From Hypanus sabinus (taxonomy: Eukaryota), in assembly GCF_030144855.1 (NCBI RefSeq), contig NC_082731.1, forward strand, positions 21,452,001 to 21,516,000: a stretch of 64,000 bases of DNA, read 5' to 3'. The notes below the pieces were generated by a model. It had not been told where the DNA came from. It saw only the letters and a program-made list of their open reading frames with translations, and searched no databases. The first letter of the stretch is position 1, and each line of letters opens with the position of its first letter. A program made the translations under genes and the position numbers. This document shows, one piece after another, positions 13,870 through 27,932 of this stretch.

Positions 13870-14560
13870 AAAATCCTGAGCTCCGCAGCGAGGTTTCTGA
13901 GGTGAGTGGAGCCAGTCAGCAGAGGAAAGTGCATAAAAAGAGCTATCTTTCAGTCAGTTCAGCGGTCAAGATTTAATAATCAGAAATTCACGGCCATTTT
14001 CTTTTGAGTTGGACAGTTGACGTCAGGCTGTGCGTAAAAGGCAAACTTTCAGACAGAAAAGCGATTGAGTTGATAACTACGGAGCTACACCTCTAATGAT
14101 CTGAGTTGAACAGCGGCTAATCAGCAAGAGAGCTTCATTAAAAATGGCCAATAAAATAACACAGGCAGAAGCGGAACAAACATTCTTTAATAATACTTTC
14201 TTCAGAGTGCGCTATGATTTTGGTTGCTTTTAGCTCATTCGACTGGCGAGACTAGGCTTTGGTGAAATACACTACTTGATAGATTTTCGTTCTCATTTTT
14301 TTTTTCAGTATCTGCGAGGGCCTCGCAGTTCAGCGTGAAAAGCTCCATGGACAGAACTAAGGGATGCGAGTGAGATGAGGAAATTCTATTTGACCTCCAT
14401 TCTCCTGGATAAACTCACCTGTACCAGGTGCGCTGAACTGCACGTCTTGAGAGAATCCATTAGTGAGCTGGACCGATCGGACCATGGCATTCGTATCACA
14501 CGCATTAGGGTTACTATAATTTTGGCAGCTGGATAGCGATCTCTGTGCTTGTTAAGTTCA
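13870..14560 (+). mobile_element. CR1 5' UTR and ORF1 N-terminal Cys-rich fragment
   Basis: 14340-14500 encodes a decayed Cys-rich N-terminus (tcacctgtaccaggtgcgctgaactgcacgtcttg = TCTRCAELHVL), similar to the ORF1 start at 22116-22319. Confidence 0.55.
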
Positions 14561-14699
14561 GAGAGTGGTTGACATATTGATAGGACGAGCCAACCTCTAC
14601 AAGCAAAATCAGCAATAGTTGATTAATAGCAGCCGAGGAAAGAAGCAGCTCCATTGCACGGCCTATTATACTTTACAAACCGACGCGCACTATGATCAG

Positions 14700-17460
14700 G
14701 CTTAACACTTTTATTTGAACGGTGAACAGAAGGCTACACCGTAAATGGTTACGACTAGGGCAGTCCTCGATGGCTCATTTGACAGTTGCCACAAAACCAC
14801 CAGCAAAATCTAAAGATATCGGGACGATGATAAAACGATTAGGAAAAGACACCAATGTTGTTTATACTATAACTGTCGTACTGGAACATGGAGCCCGAAT
14901 ACAATTCTTGAAACGAAAAGGAGGGGAGGCATGTTAAAGTTCGAGCCCTTTGAAAAAGCAACAGCCAAGAACAGGAGACCCTATATTTCCCCCCTATAGC
15001 CTTATTGCGGGTACCAGGAAACCTATGGGCCCAACATAAAAATCATGTGTGGAAAATCCCAATCAGCTCTGAAGCATAAAGTTACTCTAAAACAAAGAAT
15101 GCGCCACTGTCCTGTATTTAACCGTACCGTATACCTACTGAAGCTGAAGAAGGAATCGCTCCAGTAATAGACTCATTGCAGCGAGAGATGTTGGTAAAGA
15201 CACAACGCCTATGTAACACCCCTATATTACCTATTCCAAAACTGGGTGGGAGAAATGAGTGGCGTTTTGTGCAGGGCCTAAGAACCATTAACAAGATAGT
15301 CATCCCCAATGCTCCGCTGGTGCCGGACACCAACATTATGCTTAATTCTATACCTGCGCGAGCTAGTACTTTTACTGTAATCGATCGGTGCTCAGCATTT
15401 TTTTCCATACCTTTGCACGAGGATAGCCAGTATTTATCTGACCTTACTTATTAGAATGAGTTATATACGTGGAAACCTCTGCCCCAGGGATGTACCGAAG
15501 GCCCCCCAGTTTATGCTGCATCAGTTAAAATAATTTAGCCGAATGCCAGCTGTCCGGGTATTCCTCAAGTATTCAGTATGCACACAACTGTTGCATACTG
15601 ATAAGTTCTGCTACAGGGCCACAAGGTCCAACCGATTCTTTGACACTCCTTGATCCTTTGGAGAGAAGAGGGCACAGGGTGTTTGTGGACAACATTCAGT
15701 TTTACTGAGAGACACTGTCCAGTCCCTACGATTCCAGTTCAGTAAACGTTGGCGAAGATTGGGAAGGGATCGAATAAAAGCAATAAGCAAGTTCCCAGTC
15801 CACCACACCCGATAAAAATACATTATTTCTTTCCTGAGCTTGGTAGGGCACTGACAACAGTGGTTTTCCGAATACTGGGAGATGGATGCAGTAATGCGTT
15901 CTGCTGCATTGAAAACGGAGCCCCTCATCGTGGAATGAACACCCGAAATGTCAGAAAGCCTTCCATGACCTAAATGTAATGGTAGAAAAATCTATCTCAA
16001 TTGCACTGGATCACCCGTGCACTATGATAGTATTGCATACCGTAATACCCCTGTTGAATTCAGCTGCTACTCAGCATTTTACTACGGCCAGAAGGGCAGG
16101 TTATGAGATGATTCTTCTCTCTCACTCCAACTGTACGTACAATAGATCTCCGGCTATTAATTCGGATTATTTTTTTTCCCTTACGACCTGCAGAGCAGGA
16201 TGCGGATGTCCATGACTATCTGCTCGTAGCGGAAGCCACTACAACACCCCACCAGATCTGACAAGCGAATCTATTGAAAACTCTGATTTAATTATTTTCA
16301 CAGATGGCTCTTTACGCGGTCAAGATATGATCTGTTGCTGGCAGCATATGCTATAGCAACTCCCCAGGAGGAAGATCGAAGCTTATGCCTTGACAATAGG
16401 AATATCAGCGCAGACGGCAGAACTCTATGCCATTATCCAAGCATGCTTGCATTTTATCCTACGGAAAAGGTGCCAATGTCTATTTCGACTAACGTTATGC
16501 GTTTGGGATAGTACGTTACTTTGGATAATAGTGGAAAAATAGGGTATTTATCACCTTGCCGGGGAAAGCAATTAAACACGCCTCCTTCATACTGAACCTT
16601 TTAGAAGCCAGAAATTTGCCACAAACTTTGGTAATAATTAAGTGCGAGGCACACATCTCTGGTGAAAATGAGACCTTCTGAGGTAATCGATTTTCTTCAT
16701 GGTAGCAAAACAGGTGGCTCTTCAGCGACAACCTGTTCTACACACCACTCGAGTTGCACAGGGACGGAAGGAATTCCCTGTGTATATTAACGTCCAACAG
16801 TTGCAGGAAACCTTGAACCTTGCCTCACAGCAAAAAAAAGTGTGCCTGGACCAAATCTGCATGTTACCAGAATGCCGGGGTATGACGTCACCCCGACGGC
16901 AAATAGTGTGCTCTCATTGTCTATTTTTCCCCTTGTACGCCTGGCACATGACCAGGCTCAACTGGACAATAGAGGGATGCAGCATGCCATCACTCAACAA
17001 TGGTGCGCCTCAGCGATAACAGTAACTATGGAGAAGGTAGCACGAACTCGCTTAGTTTGCCAGCAAAACAATAAAGGAAAGATGCCCGCCAGATTTGATC
17101 ACCTTCCCCAACCGGATATTATAACTAGGTTTGGAACTCTCCAAGGTATAAATGGCGACAGGGGAGCCCATTATAGACATATATTTGAGCAGGGCCAGAA
17201 GCAAACCTGGGGTTCCAGTAGAAATTTTATATCCCCTACCAGCCTCAGTCCTCAGGTATGGTGGAAATTGCAAACAGGGAAATAAAAGTGGTTTTGACAA
17301 AGGTTTCTCAGCAAAACGGTCCCGGAGACCTGAGATAATGCTTCGGAACGCTAGAGGTAGTGTACTCTCTGGGAAATCAGAGGAATAGAAATACAGAACT
17401 TACCCCTCATGAAATTTTAATAGGCTACCTATGACAACAGGAACTACGCCTCCTATGACC
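14700..17460 (+). mobile_element. Endogenous retrovirus pol relic (protease-RT-RNase H-integrase), class I / epsilon-like
   Basis: RT 'CNTPILPIPK...EWRFVQGLRTIN...FTVIDRCSAFFSIPLHEDSQY'; RNase H 'IIFTDGS...SAQTAELYAIIQAC'; integrase 'RFGTLQGINGDRGAHY' and 'FYIPYQPQSSGMVEIANREIK'. Integrase follows RNase H. Confidence 0.9.
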
Positions 17461-17519
17461 CAGGTAATTGCAGAGCTTATATGCAATGATGGGAGTGTCT
17501 AGCTTTGACTCAGGGTGTT

Positions 17520-18367
17520 TATGGGAGAATTGGGTAATTGTGTCGGCGATTCAATTCGCCTCTGAGATGTGATGAGCATCTGATCCTAGCCAGCAAAAGA
17601 CATAATATGCTGCGACTGTCAACACATTTTTGCAGACTCCATAACGCAGTTTTATGTAATATTCTGCCAACGTTGTAATTTGCAAGGAAGGATCTCCCAC
17701 TGGAAATTTCAATAATATCCCTCTTCCCAAGGATGGCGTCTGATCTGAAGAATGTCCCCTGCATTTTCTTTTCATAGAATATATATATAGGGGGAAATTA
17801 ATCACGTGGACTGGTACTCGGGCAACGATGATAAACCGAGGGAATTCACATAATAACGCCCAATTAAGCTAACTCATTTGGTCTTGGAATTGTCGTTCCT
17901 CTCTCAGAATATCCATCCTCCAATCTAAACCCCACGTTATGCCCCTATGGTTAGTATGTTCACTACCATTAATTAAGCATATCCCAGGAACCATTCTCTG
18001 TGGAAAAGGCAGTTTGTTTCGCACTTTTAATCATACAGTCAAAGAGTGACAGAACAATGCAATACAGAATCGGTTTGTTTGGTCCCTCCAGTCCGGGACA
18101 ACCCATGAGCCCGCACCTGGGCTATGGACCCAAGCACCCCTGACATCCATGTAATTATCCAAATAAATCATGTATTGATCAATCCGAATCGCATCAATCA
18201 CTTGTACTGATAACTGGCTCCACTTGAATACCAGCATCATCCAAGTGAAAAATTGTACACTCATGATCGTAGCATGCATTTTGCTATTTCTCCTTCACCA
18301 ATGAGCTCGAATTCCAGTCTCACACAGCCTTAGTTAAAGAGCCTGTGTGCATTTTCCTATCTCCAAG
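17520..18367 (-). repeat. Old CR1-derived unit, copy A, left part (3' end)
   Basis: Aligns by eye to 33490-34340, e.g. gcctctgagatgtgatgagcatctg vs gcctctgaggtgtgatgagcatctg. Confidence 0.8.
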
Positions 18368-18706
18368 ATAGATACCTTTTAAGGGCAATTGAGAGAGTGG
18401 ATAGACAGCCCCTCTTCCCCAGGGCACCACTGCTTAATATAAGAGGACATGGCTTTAAGGTAAGGGGTGGGACGTTCAACTAGGAAATTAGAGGAAGGTT
18501 TCTTGCTCAGAGAGTGGTTGGTGCGTGGAATGCACTGCCTGACTCAGCAGTGGAGGCAGTTACAGTAGAGAAATTTAAGAGACTACAAGACAGACATATG
18601 GAGGAATTTAAGGTGGAGGGTTATATGGGAGACAGGGTTTAAGGGTCGGCACAACATGGGGGGCAGAAGGGCCTGTACTCTGCTGTATTGTTCTGTTCTA
18701 TGTTCG
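18368..18706 (+). mobile_element. Short CR1 3' fragment inserted in copy A
   Basis: RVDRQPLFP..RGHGFKV..QRVVGAWNALP-type coding end plus gaagggcctgt...ttctgttctatgttc tail. Confidence 0.9.
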
Positions 18707-18785
18707 ATATTGTACACCTGAAAATTCTGTAAACAAAGAACATTGAATACATAGAAGAAAGAACATATAGACCATTCAACATAGA

Positions 18786-21700
18786 TCATAGAACACTCAA
18801 TAGCCCTCGATCCTTTAATCTCTGATCATAATGCATACTCTTTAAACTAGGCAACATCCTGGTAAATCTCTGTACCTTTTCCAGTGCTTCCACATCCTTC
18901 CTATAGTGAGGCGACCAGAACTGGACACAATATTCCACGTGCGGCTTAACCAGAGTTTCATAGAGCTGCTTCATTACCTTGCGACTCTTAAACTCTATCC
19001 CTCGATTTATGAAAGCTAACACACCATAAGCTTTCTTAGCTACCCTATCTACCTATGAGGCAACTTTCAGCGATCTGTGGACATGTACCCCCATATCCCT
19101 CTGCTCCTCCACACTACCAAGTATCCTGCCATTTACTTTCTACTCTGCCTTGGAGTTTGACCTTTCAAAGTCCAAAACCTCACATCCCTCTGTGTTCAAC
19201 TCCATCTGCTACTTCTCAGCCCATTCCTGCATCCTATCAATGTCTCTCTGCAATATTTGTCAATCCTCTACATTACCCACAACACATCAATCTTTGTGAC
19301 GTCTGCAAACTTACCAACCAAGCCTTCTACTCCCATATCTTCATTAGTAAAAATCACGAAAAGTATGGGTCACAGAAACGAATCTTCTGGGTCACCACTA
19401 GTCAGAACAAGCCAAACCGAATGTACCCCCTCCACCACGATGGTCTTTTTTCTACAGGCAAGGTAGTTCTGAATCCACCTAGCCAAGTTTCCCTGGATCC
19501 CATCCCTTCCGATATTCTGAATAAGCCTACCGTGTGGTGCCTTGTCAAATGCCTTACTAAAATCCATGTAGCTTACATCCTCTGTACTATCGTCATCTAT
19601 ATGCCTGGTTACCAACACGAAGAACTCTAACAGTCTTGATAGACACGATCTGGCTTTCACAAATCCATGTTGACTGTTCCTGATCAGACCATGATTTTCT
19701 AAATGCCCACAGTTCTGACCTCTTAGAAGCTTTTCCAACAGCTTTCCCAGCACAGATGTAAGGCTCACTATTCTATAATTACCCGCACTATCCCTAAAAC
19801 CATTTTTTGAACAGGGAGACAACATTCGCCTCCCTGCAATCCACCGCTACCATTCCCGTGGACAACAAGGACATAAAGATCCTAGCCAGCGTCTCATCAA
19901 TCTCGTCCTTCGACTCGTAGAGCAGCCTGGGAATATCTCGTCAGGACCCGGGAACTTACCCGTCCTAATGTATTTTAGCAACACCAACACCTCCGCTGCT
20001 TAAATATCAGTATGCTGCAAAACTTCTTCCTCACTCATATTGTCCTCAACGTTATCAAGTTCCGTCTCATTGGTGAATACCGAAGGGAAGAATTGATTGA
20101 CGACCTTCGTCACTACCATAGCCTCCAGGCATATCTTCCCAACTTTATCTCTAAATGGTCCTGCCTTCACTCTTGTCATCCTTTTGTTCTTCATGTAATT
20201 GAAGAATACCTTGGGGTTTTCCTTTATCCTACTCGCCAAGTCCTTCTCATGCCCGCTTCTTTCTCTCCTCAGTCTTCGTAAGCTCCTTTCTTGACGCCCT
20301 ATGTTCCTCAATAGCCCCATCTGATATTTGCCTCCTAAACCTAGATTTTCCACCTCACTTGTCGCCCATGGTCCCTTCACACTACCATTGTTTATCTTCC
20401 TCACCGCTTCAAATTTATCCCTAACATCCTGCAAGAGATCGCTAAACATCTCCCAACAAAAACAACATCCCAATTCAGACCCACATTTTCTAGCCTTATA
20501 GCTTCTTAATTTGCCCTTACTCAATTAAAAATGTTCCTGTCTTCTCTGATTATATCGTTTTCCATGATAATGTTAAAGGCCAGTGAGCGGGGATCACTGC
20601 ACCCTGGATGATCACTCACTGAGAGACCTGTGACCTGACACGGTTCGATACCTAATACTAGATCTAGCATGGCATTGCCCCTGGTCGGCCATTCAACATT
20701 CTGTAACAAGAACCCGTCCTGGATAGAGTTAACAACAAACTCTGCCCCGTCTAAACCACAGGAATGAATCAGGTGCCATTCAATATTAGGGAAGTTAAAT
20801 TCACTCATGATAACAACCCTGTTAGTTTTGCAGCTTTCCGAAATGTCCCTCCGAATCTGCTCTTCGGTATCTCTGCTGCTACCAGGGATCCTATAGAATA
20901 CTCCCAATAGAAAAACTGCTACTTTCCTGTTCCTGACTTCTACCCATACTAATTCAAAAGAGAATGCTGCTGCATTACCCACCCTATCTGCAGCTGTTCT
21001 AGTATCCCTGCCCAGTAATGCCACCCCACCTCCCCTTTTACCGCCCTCATCCATTTTTAAACACTGAAATCCAGGAATATTGAAAATCCATTTCTGCCCT
21101 GGTGCCAGCCAAATCTCTGTAACGGCCACTACATCATAATTCCATTTATGAATCCAAGCTCTCAGTTCAACTCCTTTGTTCCTAACGTTTCCTGCATTGA
21201 AGTACACGCACTTTAGCAATTCTACATTATTACTTTTACACCTTTTATTCTGCTTCTCATTCCTCAAAGCCTCTTTATGTGTTAGATCTGTCTTTTCTCC
21301 ATTACTGCACTTGCAGATCTCGCATCGTCTTTGTCCTGTCCACCTCCCAATCTGCTCTGATACACTTGTTCCGCTCCCCCTGCCAATCTAGATTAAACCC
21401 CCCTAAGCAGAACTAGTAGATCTTCCCTCAAGGATCTTATTCTCTCTCCAGCTCAGGTGAATCCCGCCTCGTCGGAGCAGGTCCCTCCTTCCCTGGAACA
21501 AGGCCCAATTGTCCAGAAACACGAAGCTCTACCTCTTGCACCAACCCCTTTGCCACGTATTTAGCTGCATTATATTCCTATTTCCAGTCTCACTACCACG
21601 TGGCACGGATAGCAATACTGAGATTGCAGCACCGGAGGTCCTGTCCTTCAACTTTGCACCTAACTCCCTAAGCTGTTTTGCAGGACCTCCTCCTTCTTCT

Positions 21701-22552
21701 ATTACGTCATTGGTCCATAAATGGTCCACGACATCTGGCAGCTCATTCTCCCTCTTGAGAATAATGAGAACCCGATTCGAGATATCGTAGAATCTGGGAC
21801 CAGTGAGGCAACAGACCATCCGAGATTCTCGATCTGTCCCACAGAGCCTCTTATCTGTCCCCTTAACTATCGAATCCTCTGTCACTACTGCTCTCCTTCG
21901 TCCCCTCCTTCCTTTCTGGGCTGAGGGTCGAGTCTCGGTGCTAGAAACGTGACCACTGCAATTGGTCCCTGGTAGGTCATTCCCACCAACAGTATCCCAA
22001 ACGGTATACTTATTGTTGATTGGAACGGCCGCAGAGGTGCTCTGCTCCTCCTGTCTATTCCCCTTCCCTTTCCTGACAGTCACCAAGCTACCTGTCTCCT
22101 GACTCTTAGGGGTGACTATCTCCCTATCTCCTGTTTGGTTCTGGCTCTGCCTGACGAATGAAGTTCATCCAGCTCCAGCTCCAGTTCCTTAACTCGGTTT
22201 GCCAGGAGATGCAGCTGGATGCAGCTTTTGATGATGTAGTCATTAAGGAGAATTTCGCTCACCCTGACTTCCAACATACTGCAAACGGTGGACCCGACTG
22301 TACTAAATGCTGCCTTCATTACCTACTTCTAAGCTAATTAGTGTTCTTAAAGGAACCTATCCGGCCTTCCCTGACTGGAAGCAAACTCGTCCTCAGCCGA
22401 TGCTCGCAGAAGCCTTCTTACTGTGTGTCTCACTACTCCGTCTTCCGCTACTACGTCGCCCGCTCCGTTAATCTGCTCGCTTTTTAAATTCTTCCGCTGT
22501 CTCAGATACCGACCTTCACGCGCTTGCGCAGTCGTGCCCGTTTAAACTGCAA
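18786..22552 (-). mobile_element. Near full-length CR1 LINE: ORF1 (Cys-rich plus SGNH esterase-like) and ORF2 (APE endonuclease plus RT), frameshifted
   Basis: ORF1 22116-22319 and 21529-22086 ('AVVTEDSIVKG...ESRMVCCL'); endonuclease 20521-21267 ('YDVVAVTEIWL','GGGVALL','MSEFNFP'); RT 19370-19825 ('NYRIVSLTSVLGKLLE','YMDFSKAFDK'); C-terminus 18786-19022. Confidence 0.95.
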
Positions 22553-22560
22553 AAGAAATG

Positions 22561-25500
22561 ACATTGATAAAAATACCTTGATAAAATCTCTTCAATCATC
22601 TGCTTCAAAGGGAATGGATATCTAACCTATTTAATCACTCCCCATAAACCAACAAATTATCCCTCTACTACTTCAAATAAACGTATATAGTTTTCCTTCT
22701 AGTTTGGTGATGTAAGCTGCACAAAATAATCAAAATAGGCCTTATCAATGCCTTAGATCATTTCAGAATAACATCCCAAGGGCTCTAATTAATGCATTGA
22801 TTTATGAGGCAATGTGCCTCGTAAATTAATTATTTACTCGTATTCTCAGAAAACTTTATTTTATCGAAATACTTCTTACCGCTGTTCTATGTGTAAGATA
22901 GCTGGTACATCCACTGTGCAACAACTCATTCGCGTCAGTATATTCAATGTACCATTTTCAGCCCAATTTTCCAGCTGGTACAGAATCCGCTGCATGCTTT
23001 GGTAGTGTCCCTGGAGCGTGTCGCTCTTCTAACTTTGGTGTAGTCCGCGAATTTGCTGAGTCATGTGAACCACATGACCATGTGTTTGTTGATGTAAATC
23101 ATAAACAACAATGGATAGAACAGTGATTGCTGCTGCACTGCTTTAGTCAGAGTTCTAAACATCTACTGCCACCCTCTGCCTGCTTCCATGCAGTCAATGT
23201 ATAATCTAATTTACAAATTCATCATGAGCTCCAGGCCACTTAAACGTCGTGGTGAACCTTGTACAATGACTCTCTCATGGTCAAATGGTTACGATCCACT
23301 ACCTTCTATTCACCATCATTCTTGGTAACTTCGTCGTCGAGCTATATTACTTTGGTTAGACACGACCTACCATGTAGAAACCCGTGCCGAATTTTCTTAA
23401 ACAGTCCCTATCTAACAATGGATCCGCATATATCCACTGACTCAGACTAGCTTACATGGGATTTGGCCTGGAGTGGTGTTGTATTCACCGACTTATAATT
23501 TCCTGGCTTTTTCTCAGACCATTGCATAAAGAGAGAAGGAATATTCACTCTCTTCTAACACCCATCCAGGAACTCACTTACCGCTCAAGATGCCCTAAAT
23601 ATGAGAAATCTCTTCTCGAGTTTCAACCCAGGAAAGTGCATCGATTTTCAACGACGTTTCGATTACAGACTCCGGCATCTTCATCAAGAATTATCCCGAG
23701 TGATGTCTAGTCCGATGGGTACATTTGTAATACCCTGGGAAATGTTTCATTGCTAACGGAATAGCCTTTTTGTAGAAGCCGTATTTGTGTTATGGCTAGA
23801 GATATTGGATGCTTTGGACGGTGAGCTGGGTCATTTCTTCGTCTGGAAAAGAATGAGAAGACGCTGTAGAGAACCGGTCGTGAGATATGACCTGATGGGG
23901 AAGTTGACCTAGTTGAAGCCAGTGGCCAGATCTAATGAGGATTGCTTACTTGAGGTTCAACTATTGCACAATTTAATGTAAACTTATAATGAATAATTTT
24001 TGTTTTAGTTTTTATTTTCCTTTCTTTTCTTTACATACACCCGTTAAGAGTCATAAATACAACCCCTTTAATCTTATGCAGTGTGCTTTCGGTTGTTTCT
24101 TGCCTCTGAGTTGGAACAGAGTATCAAATCACATCATCCATAAACCGGATTTTGGGATAAGAGAGCTGGCTGAATCTCATGTGTTTGGTTATATTGGGGA
24201 GTGTTTTCACTAGAATTTTGCAGTCAAGGAAATCAGCGGGGTTTCAGATATAACCTGGTCTTCTGTCTCTATAAATTGGTTAGTCCTCACCAAGTCAGGT
24301 CTTGATTATCCCATCTTTACATTCGAATACCAGTTCTTACTTAAGCGAGACATTCACCATTGTTAAGGTTATTATTTTGTCTCGCCTTAATTCAATTGTT
24401 TATTTCAGTAGACGGTGTTAGACGCGATTGGCTCAGTGCAGTAGTTTTTTTGCTTTGAGGTCAATCGTATCTCCTTGCGTATGGAATACTCTGCTGTTCG
24501 AAGTTCCTGATATTAGTTTTCAACGAACACCGCCTTCCACTAATATACGCCGCTACCCAGTCACAGCAAACCCTGAAACTGCCTGCCGTGCTGAGCCACA
24601 AGTCAACTTTGGTGCGCATATGCTGTGTTTTGGGCTTCCTTACGAGTTTGGAGAATGCACTAATCCAGTATTTCTTTAGGATACTGGCGACACTTGATGA
24701 AACAGAGGAAATATGGGGAAGACAGGCAGCAGTCACTGGTTTCTTCTTGTTGTGAAATTGGCCAGCCGGTACGCCGGATGCGAAAGGTCATCAAGGAGGA
24801 TCGTTGATACATCACTTTGGGCTACCCGGGGAAGAAAGCGGTAGCAGAACTTTCATTAAGTAATTGCCAAATGATTCATTTCCATGGTGTAAACCTTCTG
24901 TGCCAGGCAATGGCATTGGGTCCACATGGTTACTGACTTCATTGATTTAATGTCAAATTAAAACATAATTTTAACAAGGACGAAGATACCCCAGTAAGTA
25001 AGAAGTGGAATTCGATTATGAACAATGCAGTACATCCAAATCAGATCGGTTTACGAATATTTAAAAAAAGGAGGGAAGAACGACCGGAATATATAAACCA
25101 CCAGACCAGAATTACCTCGGCATTATCTATGATGAAGTTACCAGAGAACTTAATTGAAACGTTGTTTAAAATAGTTGCCTGTGAAGAGTTTATTCGTCAA
25201 TTAAGCCAGCAACGCACCAGTTTCTCTTTATTCGTGACTTAAATATGTCTGCTAAGCTCACTGAAGTTACTGCTTATGCCTCCCGCAGTCACTTGAGGAA
25301 CACCCGACGGGCGCTGGAGATGCATCCACGCTAATTTGTCTCAAGACAGCCAACAACTCTTCCTCTGTAATCTTTGTAGGGTGCCCACCTCGCTACTGTA
25401 CTTCTCCAAAGTAAATACAGATATAATAAAAAGAAAGAAATCAACTTAAGATTCCACCCCCCTCCTTTTTTCTCCGCGCATAGATTATCAACCTGAAGTT

Positions 25501-25842
25501 CCGGAAGGCCAACATTATCTTTTCAACGCTTTATCTCTGAGGTTCTGTGAAGAAGGCCCAAGGATTCTGCTTTCCCTTCTTCGCTAGAACAACCACATGC
25601 TCTTTTAGCGTCCGACCCTGATTTCCTTCCTAAGTATTATGTTGCATTTTGTACTTCCCGCAAGTAATTCTTTTCTTCCTATGTACCTCTTTTTTTCTGA
25701 ATTCGGGCTGCAATATCTCCGAAAACCGGATGTTGTTGAAGTTGTAATCATTGCTATTTATTCCGATAGGCATATTGAAATTTTTAACATTAAACATTTT
25801 ACATTTATAAGGCTCCCACTTACCAAATTCACCTATGCCAGA
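22561..25842 (-). repeat. Old CR1-derived unit, copy A, right part
   Basis: Collinear with 34340-37678 throughout; ends cccacttaccaaattcacctatgccag vs cccacttaccaaattcacctttgccag. Confidence 0.85.
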
Positions 25843-25929
25843 CCTGACCAATCAATTTCATAATTGTGTTGGAGCTAATGGCATTACTATCACTAGATGC
25901 AGCGTTCCCCAAAGCAAACCACTATCAGT

Positions 25930-26310
25930 AGCTATGTGTCTTTTTTTCAATCTTTTTATTAATATCAACATTATAATTTATTGGGATTACAAAATTACAA
26001 AAAGAAATGAACATAAAATGATGCACAAGCCATAAGTACAATATAGAAAAGTCTTCCCAAATCATGAATGATACAACTATCATTTAAACGAAACAGCAAA
26101 AAAAAAACACTAGGTGTATATGTAAAAAAAAACAGAAAAGGGAAACAGTGAAAAAAAAAACTATTATTGCCCTAAGAAAATCTAATCTAACAAACTAACC
26201 ACAAACTAATGAAGAGAAAAAAAGGGAAGGAAAAAAATGGGCTGTTTTTAGAATCTATAAAAAGTCAAAAAAAATCATCGGTGTCCCCAACTCAGATCCT
26301 CTCAACATGC
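25930..26310 (-). mobile_element. Probable L1 3' UTR and tail
   Basis: T-rich tail (ttttttcaatctttttatt) followed by an A-rich antisense UTR. Confidence 0.45.
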
Positions 26311-27034
26311 AGCCATGTATCGTTCCAATCAAACTCGTTTACTGTCTTCTTCAATGGTACTGTTCACCATCTCATTTTAATTGACCTCTTACCTGATGTC
26401 CATTTACTCTGAACACGAATGACAATCTAATCTAAGGTCTACTTTGAGAAGTTGACGATATATCCCTTGGAAGGCCAGACCATTACATAACATTCCAACT
26501 AAATATCATATGCTGTTATATTTTTATTTTCAAACGGCACTTCCATAAATTCAATCACATGTTAGAGTTTATTAAATGTGCTCAGTAAAGTTTCAGAATC
26601 GATAGAGGGTTCGGTACTGGATTTTCCAGTATAGAATTAAACAGGCCGGCGACAGAAGCTCTCTTCACAGTTGAGTTCACCAGTTCCAGAGCAGTACGAT
26701 TTTCAACTGTATGAGAATTTATACTAGCGAAGCCGGAGGTGGGTTGGCTTCAGTTATATCTTAACGGATACGATCACCGAGTAGCAAGTTTTGTTTAAGT
26801 TTTTTGATGTTATATATTTTAACATAGTCGCCCGCCACGTAATTCTAGGCAGCAAACACGCAAGGACATTCTGTTTTGCTGGCATAGTTACCCAAAACGA
26901 AGCGTGGGACTTCCTGTTGCGTTGTAATTATTCAGAATCTCCAGCCTCTGATATCTATCTACACTGATACGGAAAATATTCTAGCGGGATCTAGAACTTC
27001 TGTACCAGAAAAACAGCTTCGCCGAGAAGAAAAT

Positions 27035-27678
27035 AAACAGTAGACAATAGGTGCAGGAGTAGGCCATTCGGCCCTTGGAGCCAGCCCCGCCAATCATTTC
27101 TATCGTGGCTAATAATCCACAATCAGTACCCGGTTCCAGCCTGCTCCCCATATCCCTTGACTCCGCTATATTAAAGAGATCTATCTAACTCTTCCTTGAA
27201 AATATCCAGAGAAATGACATCCACTTCCTTCCCAGTAAGAGCATTCCACAGACCCACAACTCTCTACGTGAAAAAGGTGTCCCTCATCTCCTTTCTGAAT
27301 GTCCAACCCCTTATTCTTAAGCTGTCGCCTCTGGTTATCGACAGCCCCAACATCGGGAGAAAGATTCCTGTCTCTAGCGTGCCTAATCCATTAATAATTT
27401 TATATGTTTCAATCAGATTCCCTCTCATCCTTCTAAATTCCAGTGTATACAAGCACAGTCGTCCCAATCTTTCAACGTATGACAGACCCGCCATCCCGCG
27501 AATTAACCTCGTGAATTTACGCTGCATCGACTCAATAGCAAGAATGTCTGTCCTCAAGTCTGGAGACCAAAATTGCACACAGTACACCAGGTGTGGTCTC
27601 ACCAGGTCCCTCTACAACTGCAGAAGGACCTCTTTGCTGATATACTCAACTCCCCTATTTATGAACGCCAACATGCCA
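27035..27678 (-). mobile_element. CR1 LINE 3' end
   Basis: ORF 27264-27602 'MRPHLVYCVQFWSP...MQRKFTRLI...LEFRRMRGNLIETYKII'. Confidence 0.92.
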
Positions 27679-27893
27679 TACCAATGCAGCGTTCAGTTGA
27701 TGCTCTATAATACAGTGCAATTATCCCCAATGAGTCGAGCCAAACGGTCCTCCTGGTTGTTTCTGAAACGGAGCTGCGAAACTCAACGCTGCGTTATTCA
27801 GTCTTTAATTCAACAGGCACAACAAGTGCCGCTGAACGCTTACAAGAAACTCTCTGCGTGTCAGAACCGGATTCAGCTGTAAAGTGGTGAAAG

Positions 27894-27932
27894 CTTTTTT
27901 GTGCGGGGGCCGTCGCGTTTTGTCGGACTGTG
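27894..27932 (-). other. V(D)J recombination signal sequence of V1 (23-RSS)
   Basis: Heptamer CACAGTC (27926-27932), exactly 23-bp spacer, nonamer ACAAAAAAG (27894-27902), directly after YYCAIES. Confidence 0.93.

Noticed and set aside
13587-13920. Minus-strand FWYVR and 'DKQNYYI' motifs
   Set aside because: Different frames, spacing too long, no second Cys, splice acceptor or RSS.
26560-26700. GATTCTGAAACTTTACTGAGC resembling DSATYYCA
   Set aside because: Needs indel and substitution; no upstream V framework or RSS.
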